A DNA stretch of 64,000 bases, taken from NCBI GenBank assembly GCA_965649265.1, contig CBFGKC010000007.1:70182-134181 (forward strand), in the 5' to 3' direction. The position numbers were made by a program, and so were the translations under genes. Under the pieces are notes generated by a model. It was given only the letters and a program-made list of their open reading frames with translations, did not search any database and was not told the DNA's origin. Source of the stretch: a candidate division WOR-3 bacterium (GTDB taxonomy: Bacteria > Hydrothermota > Tepidihabitantia > B3-TA06). Below, piece by piece: positions 26,609-35,766 of this stretch (the stretch's first letter is position 1; every line of letters begins with the position of its first letter).

Positions 26609-28357
26609 ATGTTCAACGTCGCCAGGCGTAATCTTTCCAATCTTTGGTGGTTCTGGATAGTGGGGTTATTCGCCTTCCTCTGGGTAATTGTTCGAAGCGG
26701 AACAAACCCCAAGCGCCTTACCTACCCCTGCCAGCAGGCGGCCTTCCCCCTTGCTTCAGCATGGCTCACTGCATTGATTGCCCTGCTCGGAGGTGCTCTG
26801 ATCTGGAAACGGTTTGCCAAGCTTTCCGCGCTCGGTGCGGTAATGGTTGTTTTGGTTTTCTTCGCGGTACCGCCTGTAAACGCCGTAACCCGAGGTATGA
26901 TTCCTTCCGCTCTTCCGACATGGGAAGTCGAAAACCCTGTATCAACCGTATTCGTAATGGACTCCTTACCGCCGACATCAGGCTCGCTTTCCGCTGGGGA
27001 TTCCAGCGTGCCTGAAGAGTATCTTTCCGATCCTGCCATGGATACCATGCTTGCCATGCTGGACGCAAAAGGGGTGCATCTTTATAAAACTACTGAGCAT
27101 AGCGATGGTATCGTGGGTGCCGACAATATCGTAATCATCAAAGGAAACTTTCAGTGGAACGCCCGGAACACAACCAGCGCCGACCGAATCAAAGGGCTTA
27201 TATGGAAGATACTGAAACACCCTTCAGGTTTTACAGGTGAGATCGTCGTCTGCGACAACACACAGGATATCGGAACCGGCATCAATCAGAACGACAACAA
27301 CTCAGAGGATACCGCACAGTCCTTGTTGGACGTAGTCGCGACCTTCAAGGCCAAGGGCTATCCGGTATGCGCGCTGGACTGGAAAAATATGTGGGACGAT
27401 GTCGCGACCGAATACTCGGATGGTAATTATGCCGACGGCTATGTATATGACGCCGAAACCAAGATTACCTATCCCAAGTTCAGGACGCCGTCAGGAGAGC
27501 ACTACGTCTCCCTGCGCTCCGGCGTGTGGGACACGCTCTCGGAAACTTATGACTCCTCAAAGCTTTGTATTATCGATTTTCCTGTGTTAAAGGCGCACGC
27601 GATGGCCGGGGCAACAATTGCCGTAAAGAACTGGATAGGCGTTCTGACTACTGCATACTCACAACAGCGTTTCGGCGGTTTCATGCCCATGCACTCGAAT
27701 TACTTCTTCTCGAAGTATGCGCTCGTGGCAAAAGTGATGGCCGTAACATTTCCACGCCTGGTCTTCATAGACGCCTCCTGGACGACCACGCAAGGGCCAA
27801 ATAATCCGTCTGCCGTGGTTAAAACAAACATGCTGCTTGCTTCCACCGACCCTGCGGCATCCTCGTGGTACGCGGCCAAATTCATTTTGACACCGGTTGC
27901 CGCAAATCCAAACGCGACCAATCCCGACCTGGAAGGCGGAACCTACCACAATGTTCTTCAAAACTGGACCACCTTCCTTCGAGACTCTGCAGGTTTTGCA
28001 TGCACCACTGATTCAGCCGAGATAGCGGTATACGACCGTTCCGTTCTGCCTCCCCCCTCCGTAGGTGAAGCAAGAACGCTACACGAAGGATTGATGCTGG
28101 ATGCGAAGCCCTTGGAGTTCGGGCACTGGGCGATCGAGTATACCCTGCCCCAAAGCGGCTCTACCAGGATATTGATACTCGATACGTCAGGCCGCTCTGT
28201 TAAGCTTCTCGTTGACGAGGTGAAAGCCGCAGGAAGCTTTTCTGTATTTTGGGACGGTCGGGACGGACAAGGACGAGAGGTAAGTGCCGGCACCTACCTC
28301 GTCAGCATCGAGTCCGGGGTTTCCAGACTCACGCAAAAGATACTAAAGTTGAAATAA
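26609..28357 (+). CDS. hypothetical membrane/secreted protein with T9SS-type C-terminal sorting domain
   Basis: N-terminal hydrophobic helices; 582 aa; C-terminal ILILDTSGRSVKLLVDE...GTYLVSIESGVSRLTQKILKLK. Confidence 0.4.
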   Translation: MFNVARRNLSNLWWFWIVGLFAFLWVIVRSGTNPKRLTYPCQQAAFPLASAWLTALIALLGGALIWKRFAKLSALGAVMVVLVFFAVPPVNAVTRGMIPSALPTWEVENPVSTVFVMDSLPPTSGSLSAGDSSVPEEYLSDPAMDTMLAMLDAKGVHLYKTTEHSDGIVGADNIVIIKGNFQWNARNTTSADRIKGLIWKILKHPSGFTGEIVVCDNTQDIGTGINQNDNNSEDTAQSLLDVVATFKAKGYPVCALDWKNMWDDVATEYSDGNYADGYVYDAETKITYPKFRTPSGEHYVSLRSGVWDTLSETYDSSKLCIIDFPVLKAHAMAGATIAVKNWIGVLTTAYSQQRFGGFMPMHSNYFFSKYALVAKVMAVTFPRLVFIDASWTTTQGPNNPSAVVKTNMLLASTDPAASSWYAAKFILTPVAANPNATNPDLEGGTYHNVLQNWTTFLRDSAGFACTTDSAEIAVYDRSVLPPPSVGEARTLHEGLMLDAKPLEFGHWAIEYTLPQSGSTRILILDTSGRSVKLLVDEVKAAGSFSVFWDGRDGQGREVSAGTYLVSIESGVSRLTQKILKLK

Positions 28358-28432
28358 TCCTGAAACCGGCAAGCCTTTGTATTCCAGCTTTGGGGATGAA
28401 GACAGATTCCGCCGGTGTGTCTTTCTGTACGT

Positions 28433-28963
28433 CTATTCCTCCACGAACTCGCCGTACACCCAGCCAGCGCGGCCGTCGCGCGTCTCTATCTTGAACCAGG
28501 GCAGATCCGATATGGGCTTGGCCCTTATGTTCTCGATGTAAACTGACGAATCTGTATAACGTTTGCCCTCGAGCTCGAAGGAGATGTAGAGGAGGTCGCC
28601 GCCCTCGTCGCCTGCGGACTTCGAAGTGACGGCCGTACCCTTTGCCAGGGTGACTTTCTCGCCGTCAGCATAAAGGGTAAGCGGCGCGGTAAGGATCAAC
28701 TCTACCGGCTTGCCTTCCTCATCTGACGAGTAAGCTTCCCTTAGAATCCGAACCCGGTCGCCTTTCGAGAGCTGAAATTTAACGGAGTGTTTTATGCCAG
28801 GGCCGGTACGTACGTTGACGTCCGATCCTGTAATTCTGGCCTCGCGAACTGAGGTTTCTTTATCTACCGCGGTTTTCGGTTCCTCCGTTTTAGAGCCGCA
28901 GCCCGCAAAAATCGAGATAAAAAGGGGGAAAAAAAAGAGCACGGATGAGAATCTTAGCTTCAC
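28433..28963 (-). CDS. SH3b-domain lipoprotein
   Basis: Lipobox FAGCGS; SH3-like segment GSDVNVRTGPGIKHSVKFQLSKGDRVRIL. Confidence 0.45.
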   Translation of the reverse strand: MKLRFSSVLFFFPLFISIFAGCGSKTEEPKTAVDKETSVREARITGSDVNVRTGPGIKHSVKFQLSKGDRVRILREAYSSDEEGKPVELILTAPLTLYADGEKVTLAKGTAVTSKSAGDEGGDLLYISFELEGKRYTDSSVYIENIRAKPISDLPWFKIETRDGRAGWVYGEFVEE

Positions 28964-29164
28964 AGGGTCCTCCTTGTGGTTTGAGGGTAATATAGGCTCA
29001 GGCGCCAGGGTGTCAAGCCCTCCAGCTCTCCGACCCTGCGGGGGTTGACTTGTGCGTTCGGGATGCCTATAATTTCAGGCTTTTGTGATGGAGATTGTCC
29101 CAGGGATAGGCCGCAAGACGAAAACCCATCCAGGAGAAAAATAAAAAAGGAGGAACATCTTGCA

Positions 29165-29839
29165 TTGAAGTTCGTTATCGCCATAGACGGCACAGCATCG
29201 TCAGGAAAAAGCACCACAGCCAGACTTCTAGCCAAAAAACTGGGATTCACGCACCTTGACACGGGCGCAATGTACCGTGCGGTCACGTATCTCTTGCTGA
29301 CGAAAAAAGCCGTCGAAAGCGATGACGTCAAGGTTGGGAAGGTTCTCCTTAAGTCTACTCTTAAATTCAAAATACTCAAACATGCCCTGCACGTGTATCT
29401 TGACGACAACGAACTTACGAATGAACTGCGCACCCCGGAGATAGACCGTTTCGTATCACCCGTTTCGGAGCGTTCTATCGTGCGCGCCTACCTTGTCGCC
29501 AAGCAACGTGAGATCGGAAAGAACAGGCACCTGGTCTGTGAGGGCAGGGATATAGGGTCGGTCGTTTTCCCGGATGCGGGATTGAAGGTATTCATGTCGT
29601 GCGACATGAACGAGCGTTCGAGACGCAGGAAGCTGGAACTCGATGAGAAGGGAATCGCGCAAACGGAGGAGGAAGTCAAGGAAAGTCTTTCAATGCGCGA
29701 CGAGATAGATTCAACCCGAAAACTCTCGCCCCTGACCCGTACCCCTGATGCCTTCTTCGTTGACACGACGAATATCTCGATCGAGGAGCAGGTGGAGCTT
29801 ATAGAAAAAGAGGTAGGAAAAAGGATGCAGACGACATGA
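29165..29839 (+). CDS. cmk: cytidylate kinase (TTG start)
   Basis: AAGGAGG at 29147-29153, then TTG at 29165, gives MKFVIAIDGTASSGKST (P-loop)...GRDIGSVVFPDA. The track's longer ORF start (29045) is unsupported. Confidence 0.7.
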   Translation: MKFVIAIDGTASSGKSTTARLLAKKLGFTHLDTGAMYRAVTYLLLTKKAVESDDVKVGKVLLKSTLKFKILKHALHVYLDDNELTNELRTPEIDRFVSPVSERSIVRAYLVAKQREIGKNRHLVCEGRDIGSVVFPDAGLKVFMSCDMNERSRRRKLELDEKGIAQTEEEVKESLSMRDEIDSTRKLSPLTRTPDAFFVDTTNISIEEQVELIEKEVGKRMQTT

Positions 29840-30561
29840 AATCGAGATGGGCATGGGGCTGGACCATCACGTATCCGATATTCAAATGGTTCCTGAGGAT
29901 TAAGGTTCACGGTGGGGAAAATGTACCCTGGAAGGGCCCCTTGATAATAGCTTCAAATCACATGAGTTTTTTTGACCCGCCTCTCATAGGACACGTGGCC
30001 AAAAGAGAGTGCTTCTTTCTTGCCAAGGAAGAGCTTTTCGGTCAGTCCAAATTTTTCAGGTGGCTTATCGAGTATTTCAATTCCGTACCGATCAAGCGCG
30101 GCAAGGCCTTTGATATCCATCTCTTCAAGGAAGTGGACAGGCTTATCAAACTCAAGCAGGCGATAGTGATCTTTCCTGAAGGCACGCGCAGCCGATCGGG
30201 AAAGTTCCTTCCCTTCAAGGAGGGGGTGGGGCTGATTGCATTGAGATACAACATCCCTGTCGTACCCGCCTACATAAAAAACACGTATAGACCCTGGCAG
30301 GAATGGTTCAGGAAAAATTCGAGGGTGGAGGTCTTTTTGGGCAAGGCGATGTACCCCGGCGAACGCTCGAAAAACAAGGAAAGGTACGAAGCTTTTACAA
30401 AGAAGGTAGAGGAGGAAGTTCACCACCTGAGGGATATTGCATGGGCAGGTGACGAGAGATTTGAAAACAGAGGTGGAGTCACTGTAACTGCTCCACAACT
30501 ATTAAAAACCCCTAAAACCCGCATGCCTACGGGGCATGAGGCAAAGCCCAAAAGGGCCTAG
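29836..30561 (+). CDS. plsC: 1-acyl-sn-glycerol-3-phosphate acyltransferase
   Basis: NHMSFFD (HX4D) and FPEGTRS motifs. Confidence 0.65.
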   Translation: MKSRWAWGWTITYPIFKWFLRIKVHGGENVPWKGPLIIASNHMSFFDPPLIGHVAKRECFFLAKEELFGQSKFFRWLIEYFNSVPIKRGKAFDIHLFKEVDRLIKLKQAIVIFPEGTRSRSGKFLPFKEGVGLIALRYNIPVVPAYIKNTYRPWQEWFRKNSRVEVFLGKAMYPGERSKNKERYEAFTKKVEEEVHHLRDIAWAGDERFENRGGVTVTAPQLLKTPKTRMPTGHEAKPKRA

Positions 30562-30601
30562 CGCTCCTGCGCAAAATCTCCGAACTAGGAGGAATAACCG
30601 A

Positions 30602-32515
30602 ATGCAAGAAAACGTTTTACGAGACCCATCAAGCGAGGACCTCGAGAGATTAATCGAGGAATCCTTATCAAGGTTCACGACAGGTGAGATAGTCAAGGGA
30701 TCTATTGCCCGCGTTCAGGGCAATACGGTGTTCGTGGACCTCGGATGGAAATCCGAGGGCGTGCTCTCGATAACAGAGTTCAACGAACCCGACAAACTCA
30801 AGGAAGGCCAGGAGGTCATGGTCTTCGTGGAATCACTCGAGAACCGCGACGGTTTGCCTGTGATTTCTAAAAAGAAGGCCGACTTCCAGATGGCGTGGGA
30901 CACCATAAAGCGCAAACTCGAGGCCGAGGAATCCTGCCCGGCAATAGTCCGCAAAAAGGTAAAGGGCGGCCTGCAGGTAGAGGTATTCGGACTCGACGCG
31001 TTCCTTCCCGGTTCCCAGGTCGACATCCGCTCGGTAACCGATTTCGATCGCTACATCGGCGAAGAGATGGAAGTTAAAATCATCAAGGTCAACTGGAACA
31101 AGCGCAATATTGTCGTATCCCGCAGGATGCTGCTCGAGGAAGAACAGGCGCGTATGCACCGCGAGCGCATGGACAAGCTTAACGTTGACGAAGTTGTCGA
31201 AGGCGTCGTTAAGAATATCGTTGACTTCGGCGCTTTCATCGATCTCGGCGGGCTTGATGCCCTCCTACACATCTCCGACATCAGCTGGAAGAAGATCGTC
31301 CATCCCGCAGAGGTTCTCAAGGTCGGCGAAAAGATCGAGGTCAAGGTTCTCACGAAAAACGACGAGACCGGACGTGTTACCGTTGGCTTGAAACAGCTTA
31401 CCCCCCACCCCTGGGAGAATATCGACCAGCGCTACGCGATTGGAACAAAAGTGACCGGAAAGGTCACGAGCTTCACCGACTACGGGGCCTTTGTTGAGTT
31501 GGAGAAAGGCATCGAGGGACTCATACACGTCTCCGAGATGTCATGGACCCGTGCCGTGAGCCATCCAGCCCAGATACTGCAGATTGGTCAGGACGTGGAA
31601 GCCATCGTTCTCTCACTCGACAAGGACAACAGACGCATCTCTCTCGGTCTCAAGCAGACCACGCCCGATCCGTGGTCGATTATCGACGAGCGCTACCACA
31701 TCGGCCAGCGCGTCGACGGTGTCGTCTCGTCCTTGAAGAACTTCGGAGCTTTCGTCGAGATAGAGGAAGGAATCGAAGGTCTTGTCCGCAACGTGGACCT
31801 TTCGTGGACAAAACGCGTAAAACACCCGCGCGAAATTCTCAAGAAGGGTGACAAGATAGAGACCATCATTCTCGATATCGACAAGGAGAGCCGCCGCATT
31901 ACTCTCGGTCTCAAGCAGACCCAGGAAGATCCCTTCTACCACTGGTCAAAGGAATACAAAGAAGGCGCCCAGATCACGGGCAAGATAATAGACATGCCTG
32001 CCTCCGGCGTTGTTGTTGCCCTTACAGAGGAAATCGAAGGCTTCATTCCCCAGCAGCAACTTCGCAAGCGCAAAATCAAGAAGATCAAGGATCACTACGA
32101 ACTCGGAGAAGAACTGCAGCTCATCATTCGTCGCATAGACTCCAAGGCCCGCCGCGTCATTCTCTCTGAGCGCGAGTTCTACCAGAAGACCGAAGAAAAA
32201 GAACGGCAGGAAACCGCTCCCATCCGCGCGCCAAGAGGCTTCTCGCTCAAGGATCATCTCGGTGACTTGAGCACGCTCGAGGAAGTCGCAGAAAGGCACG
32301 AGTCTGACGAGGAAGAGGAACCAGAAACAGAAATGATGGCCGAGCCCAAGGAAGAGCCTGTGGTTGAAGCTGTCAAAGAACCCGAGGTCGAAGAAGCGCC
32401 CAAGAAGAAGACCGTCAGAAAGACAAGGACAAAGAAAGAAGAAGCCGAACCAAAGGCTGAGGAAGAAGAAAAACCGAAGCGCCGCACGACTCGCAAAAAG
32501 AAGGAAGAAGAGTAA
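30602..32515 (+). CDS. rpsA: 30S ribosomal protein S1 with a ~100-aa K/E-rich C-terminal extension
   Basis: AGGAGG RBS then ATG at 30602; six S1 repeats; C-terminal EEEEPETEMMAEPKEEP...KPKRRTTRKKKEEE. Confidence 0.8.
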   Translation: MQENVLRDPSSEDLERLIEESLSRFTTGEIVKGSIARVQGNTVFVDLGWKSEGVLSITEFNEPDKLKEGQEVMVFVESLENRDGLPVISKKKADFQMAWDTIKRKLEAEESCPAIVRKKVKGGLQVEVFGLDAFLPGSQVDIRSVTDFDRYIGEEMEVKIIKVNWNKRNIVVSRRMLLEEEQARMHRERMDKLNVDEVVEGVVKNIVDFGAFIDLGGLDALLHISDISWKKIVHPAEVLKVGEKIEVKVLTKNDETGRVTVGLKQLTPHPWENIDQRYAIGTKVTGKVTSFTDYGAFVELEKGIEGLIHVSEMSWTRAVSHPAQILQIGQDVEAIVLSLDKDNRRISLGLKQTTPDPWSIIDERYHIGQRVDGVVSSLKNFGAFVEIEEGIEGLVRNVDLSWTKRVKHPREILKKGDKIETIILDIDKESRRITLGLKQTQEDPFYHWSKEYKEGAQITGKIIDMPASGVVVALTEEIEGFIPQQQLRKRKIKKIKDHYELGEELQLIIRRIDSKARRVILSEREFYQKTEEKERQETAPIRAPRGFSLKDHLGDLSTLEEVAERHESDEEEEPETEMMAEPKEEPVVEAVKEPEVEEAPKKKTVRKTRTKKEEAEPKAEEEEKPKRRTTRKKKEEE

Positions 32516-32536
32516 CATAACTTCCTTTATATTTTA

Positions 32537-33784
32537 ATGCCTTCACTCAAAGCCGTAGTGGCCGCGACAGGATGTAAACTGAACCAGGCCGAGGTCGATT
32601 TATGGAAGGCTTTGCTTGAAGCACAAGGGTATGAGACTGCAGAAGAGGAGACTTTAGATACAGAGGTCTCGCTCTGTCTCGTAACGACTTGCACGGTTAC
32701 TGAGCCGGCGGATCGATCGAGCGTCTCGCTCGTCCGCCGGCTCCATCGAAGATTCCCAAACGCCGAAATAAAGGTCACGGGCTGCGGTGCGCAGAACAAT
32801 CCAGATAAATATTCACTCCTTCCCGGGGTCAGGGAGATAATTCCTTACGAAAGAAAGGAAGCGCTTATAGCGAATACCTGTTTCCGAAGGAATGGTGCAG
32901 TCAGTACCATCAAGAGAAACCGTGCATTCTTGAGAATCGGTGACGGCTGCGACCGCAGATGTTCCTACTGTATAGTTTCAAGAATACGGGGACCCTTAAG
33001 ATCCAAGCCCGCTCATGATGTTCTCAACGAACTTCATTTTCTTTCCGAGGAGGGTTTCGGCGAGGTCGTTCTCGTCGCATTGAACCTTGGCCTCTGGGGA
33101 ACCGACCGAGGTGAAACTCTTTCAGAATTACTGGAGAGGATTAGCGTGGAGAAAGGTGCTCTTCCACGCATCCGGCTGACGTCACTCGAACCGGATACGA
33201 TTGATGACAGGCTGATAAGGATAGTGGCTGAGTCAAAAAGGATATGCCCGCACCTCCACATCCCTCTGCAGTCGGGAGAAGACGAGATATTGATGCGAAT
33301 GAACCGACCCTACACCACTTCGGACTTTGCAAGACTTATTGAAAGGATATTATCGATGTTACCGGATGCCTCGATTGGAACGGATATAATCACTTCCACC
33401 CCTGGAGAAGATGAGGAAAGTTTTAAGCACACGCTCGAGTTCGTGCGTTCACTGCCTTTCTCGTACCTGCACGCGTTCACCTATTCGCCGAGACCGGGCA
33501 CGCCAATGGCACTCGAAAAACGCGGCCCGAATACAAGAGAACGGACAAAAACGTTGAGAACGTTGGGCTCGGAGAAGTCGCTTGAGTACCGGAAGAGATT
33601 TGTCGGAAGCCGGAGAGAGGCCGTTGTCCTCTCGAGAACGAGAGTGCTTACCGACAACTATGTGGACGTTCATATTCCATCGACCGACACGGCCGTTCGT
33701 TCGCTGACGCAAGTGACTATCACCGATGTCACCGAAAAGGAAACCAAAGGACTTTTTGAAATGTCTATTGGGAGGAGCGCGTGA
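32537..33784 (+). CDS. MiaB-family radical-SAM methylthiotransferase (MtaB/RimO-like)
   Basis: MTTase N-domain cysteines, radical-SAM CSYC motif (DGCDRRCSYCIV), C-terminal TRAM-like segment. Confidence 0.65.
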   Translation: MPSLKAVVAATGCKLNQAEVDLWKALLEAQGYETAEEETLDTEVSLCLVTTCTVTEPADRSSVSLVRRLHRRFPNAEIKVTGCGAQNNPDKYSLLPGVREIIPYERKEALIANTCFRRNGAVSTIKRNRAFLRIGDGCDRRCSYCIVSRIRGPLRSKPAHDVLNELHFLSEEGFGEVVLVALNLGLWGTDRGETLSELLERISVEKGALPRIRLTSLEPDTIDDRLIRIVAESKRICPHLHIPLQSGEDEILMRMNRPYTTSDFARLIERILSMLPDASIGTDIITSTPGEDEESFKHTLEFVRSLPFSYLHAFTYSPRPGTPMALEKRGPNTRERTKTLRTLGSEKSLEYRKRFVGSRREAVVLSRTRVLTDNYVDVHIPSTDTAVRSLTQVTITDVTEKETKGLFEMSIGRSA

Positions 33785-34836
33785 AGCCTGATCTGAAAGA
33801 TTGCACGCTCAGGGATCTCGAAAAGGAACTTTCGAAGATAGAACTGCCGGCATTCAGGGCGCGACAGGTCTTCAAGTGGCTCTGGCAAAAGGGTTCAAGA
33901 AGTTTTGAGGGGATGACCGATATCTCCAAGCCCCTGCGTGAAAAGCTTACGCAGCGCTTCAGGATTTCAGACTTGAAGGTAAAAGCCCGAACCGGCTCTG
34001 CAAAGGAAGGTGCGGTAAAGCACTTGTTCGAACTCGAGGATGGGCTTTCGGTCGAGTCTGTATGGCTCAAGGACGCCGACCGCAGGACAGTATGCGTCTC
34101 CACGCAGGTAGGCTGCACACTCGGCTGCACAATCTGCAGAACGGGCCAGATGGGGTTCGCGAGGAACTTGAGACCAGCGGAGATTGCGGGGCAGGTGCTC
34201 GAGGTGCAGCGCGGGCAAACGGAGCGCATCACGAACGTCGTCTTCATGGGCATGGGCGAGCCGTTCCTGAACTACGAAGCGACCTTGACTGCGGCGAGGA
34301 TCCTTAATGAGGATTTCGGCTTAAGCATAGGAGCGCGGAAAATAACGATCTCTACATCGGGGATTGTGCCCGGCATCAAGCGCTTCGCGAAGGAGCCTGA
34401 GCAATTCAAGCTCGCAGTATCCTTGAACGCTGCGGATCAGGAGACGCGCGAGCGCATAATGCCCTTCGCAGGGAAATACCCGTTGAACGAGCTTATCCCG
34501 GAGGTGAGGAGGTTCGTGGACGCGAAGGGCAAGCGCGTGACGTTCGAGTACGTGCTCCTTTCGGGCGTCAACGACCGCAAGAAGGACGTGGAGAATCTCG
34601 AGATGCTTCTGGCCGGAATCCCTTGCAAGATAAATCTCATTCCCCTGAACCCCTTCCCCGGGTGCGCGCTGCGGGCCCCCTCCCCCGCCCACGTGGAGGA
34701 GTTCATGCGTTGGATTATGCCCAACCTGCCTGCCGTGACCTTACGCAAAAGCCTTGGCTCCGCCATCCTTGCCGGATGCGGGCAACTGGCTGCACCCCAA
34801 CAGAATGCTTCGCATTCCGGTGGGGACCCCGAGTAA
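33781..34836 (+). CDS. rlmN: 23S rRNA/tRNA (adenine-C2)-methyltransferase RlmN
   Basis: CVSTQVGCTLGCTICRTG radical-SAM motif, RlmN length and order of motifs. Confidence 0.75.
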   Translation: MKPDLKDCTLRDLEKELSKIELPAFRARQVFKWLWQKGSRSFEGMTDISKPLREKLTQRFRISDLKVKARTGSAKEGAVKHLFELEDGLSVESVWLKDADRRTVCVSTQVGCTLGCTICRTGQMGFARNLRPAEIAGQVLEVQRGQTERITNVVFMGMGEPFLNYEATLTAARILNEDFGLSIGARKITISTSGIVPGIKRFAKEPEQFKLAVSLNAADQETRERIMPFAGKYPLNELIPEVRRFVDAKGKRVTFEYVLLSGVNDRKKDVENLEMLLAGIPCKINLIPLNPFPGCALRAPSPAHVEEFMRWIMPNLPAVTLRKSLGSAILAGCGQLAAPQQNASHSGGDPE

Positions 34837-34848
34837 CGCACCCCACGC

Positions 34849-34899
34849 CGTTGCCTCGCAACGCCGCGGGGACCCCGAATAAAATGGCCGAGTTTTTTT
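34849..34899 (+). terminator. terminator-like hairpins plus T7 run downstream of rlmN
   Basis: CGTTGC-ctc-GCAACG hairpin and GGGGACCCC palindrome, then ttttttt (34893-34899). Confidence 0.4.
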
Positions 34900-34908
34900 A
34901 ACCTCAAG

Positions 34909-34937
34909 TTGACTTCTTAAAACCACTTAAATATACT
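34909..34937 (+). promoter_or_regulatory. sigma70-like promoter (TTGACT-17-TATACT) driving the AT-rich ORF through a structured ~90-nt leader
   Basis: Read from sequence. Confidence 0.5.
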
Positions 34938-34945
34938 GAAATCCG

Positions 34946-35009
34946 TAGGGGCCGACCTCAGTGTGCCCCTTGGGTTATGTATATATCCCATAGGGCATCA
35001 GGTCGGCCC
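34946..35009 (+). repeat. palindromic element (GTAGGGGCCGACC ... GGTCGGCCC) in the 5' leader; left arm of a 13-bp inverted repeat pair
   Basis: Its perfect reverse complement GGTCGGCCCCTAC occurs at 35685-35697 on the other side of the ORF. Confidence 0.6.
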
Positions 35010-35032
35010 GGACAAACTATAAAGGAGGAGCT

Positions 35033-35662
35033 ATGCCCACCGTAAACGGAGAAAACATCGAAGAACTACTTAAGAAATCGTGGAATGATTTCTTTGAGCA
35101 TTACAACGGTGAGGTAAAAAGATATTGTGAAACTCTGAACATAAAACCTTCTGAGGCTTTTGAGGAACACTGGATGGTTTGGAATGAACATGATTTAGTC
35201 TTCCAACTTGGAAAATTACTTTGCAAAAAGCTACAAGATAATGCCTATCTGAATATTGAGCAGCACTTTGAAAAACCTCTAGGGATTTCAACGTTCGAAG
35301 ATCCTAACTTAAAAAAGAAACTCAGAAAGTTAAAAGAGAAAAGATTAGAGAAAGGGCTGAAGGGTGTGCCTAAACCAGACCTTATCATTGCTGACGAAAT
35401 AAATCTGGATCACTTTTTATTGTGCGCTGAAGCTAAGTTCTTTCACTATTCGGTCGCTCGCTACGGCAGAAAAGCTACAGACGATATTGATAAGGATATT
35501 AAAACCCTCATAGGAATCAAAGATTTGGACATAGCCGAAAGGGTTGTATTCATGCTGTTTGATGACTATTATTGTCATCGCGATCAGAAACAATACAAAG
35601 AAATAATGAATATCCTCACAGAAGCAGAAAAACACGGAATAACTATATTGAAATACCCTTAA
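35033..35662 (+). CDS. hypothetical protein, AT-rich (foreign-looking); possible PD-(D/E)xK-like motif
   Basis: 209 aa; AAAGGAGG RBS; visibly much lower GC than neighbours; KPDLIIADEINLDHFLLCAEAKF resembles a PD...(D/E)xK nuclease core (weak). Confidence 0.5.
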   Translation: MPTVNGENIEELLKKSWNDFFEHYNGEVKRYCETLNIKPSEAFEEHWMVWNEHDLVFQLGKLLCKKLQDNAYLNIEQHFEKPLGISTFEDPNLKKKLRKLKEKRLEKGLKGVPKPDLIIADEINLDHFLLCAEAKFFHYSVARYGRKATDDIDKDIKTLIGIKDLDIAERVVFMLFDDYYCHRDQKQYKEIMNILTEAEKHGITILKYP

Positions 35663-35670
35663 GTTTGGAT

Positions 35671-35697
35671 AGGGCCGACCTTAAGGTCGGCCCCTAC
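35671..35697. repeat. perfect palindrome GGGCCGACC-ttaa-GGTCGGCCC(CTAC); right arm of the inverted repeat pair and likely bidirectional terminator
   Basis: 9-bp stem with 4-nt loop between convergent genes. Confidence 0.6.
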
Positions 35698-35726
35698 GGT
35701 AAATTTCCTCTTGAGGGTGGGAATTT

Positions 35727-35766
35727 GTGTGTTACGGGTTACGGGGTGTTACGGGGTGTTACGGGT
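35727..35766. repeat. tandem GTGTTACGGG-type decamer repeat (about 4 units)
   Basis: tgtgtgttacgggttacggggtgttacggggtgttacggg, immediately 3' of the permease stop. Confidence 0.7.

Noticed and set aside
31946-32518. 190-aa minus-strand ORF antisense to the rpsA tail
   Set aside because: Low-complexity reverse read of the K/E-rich coding repeat; overlaps a high-confidence gene.
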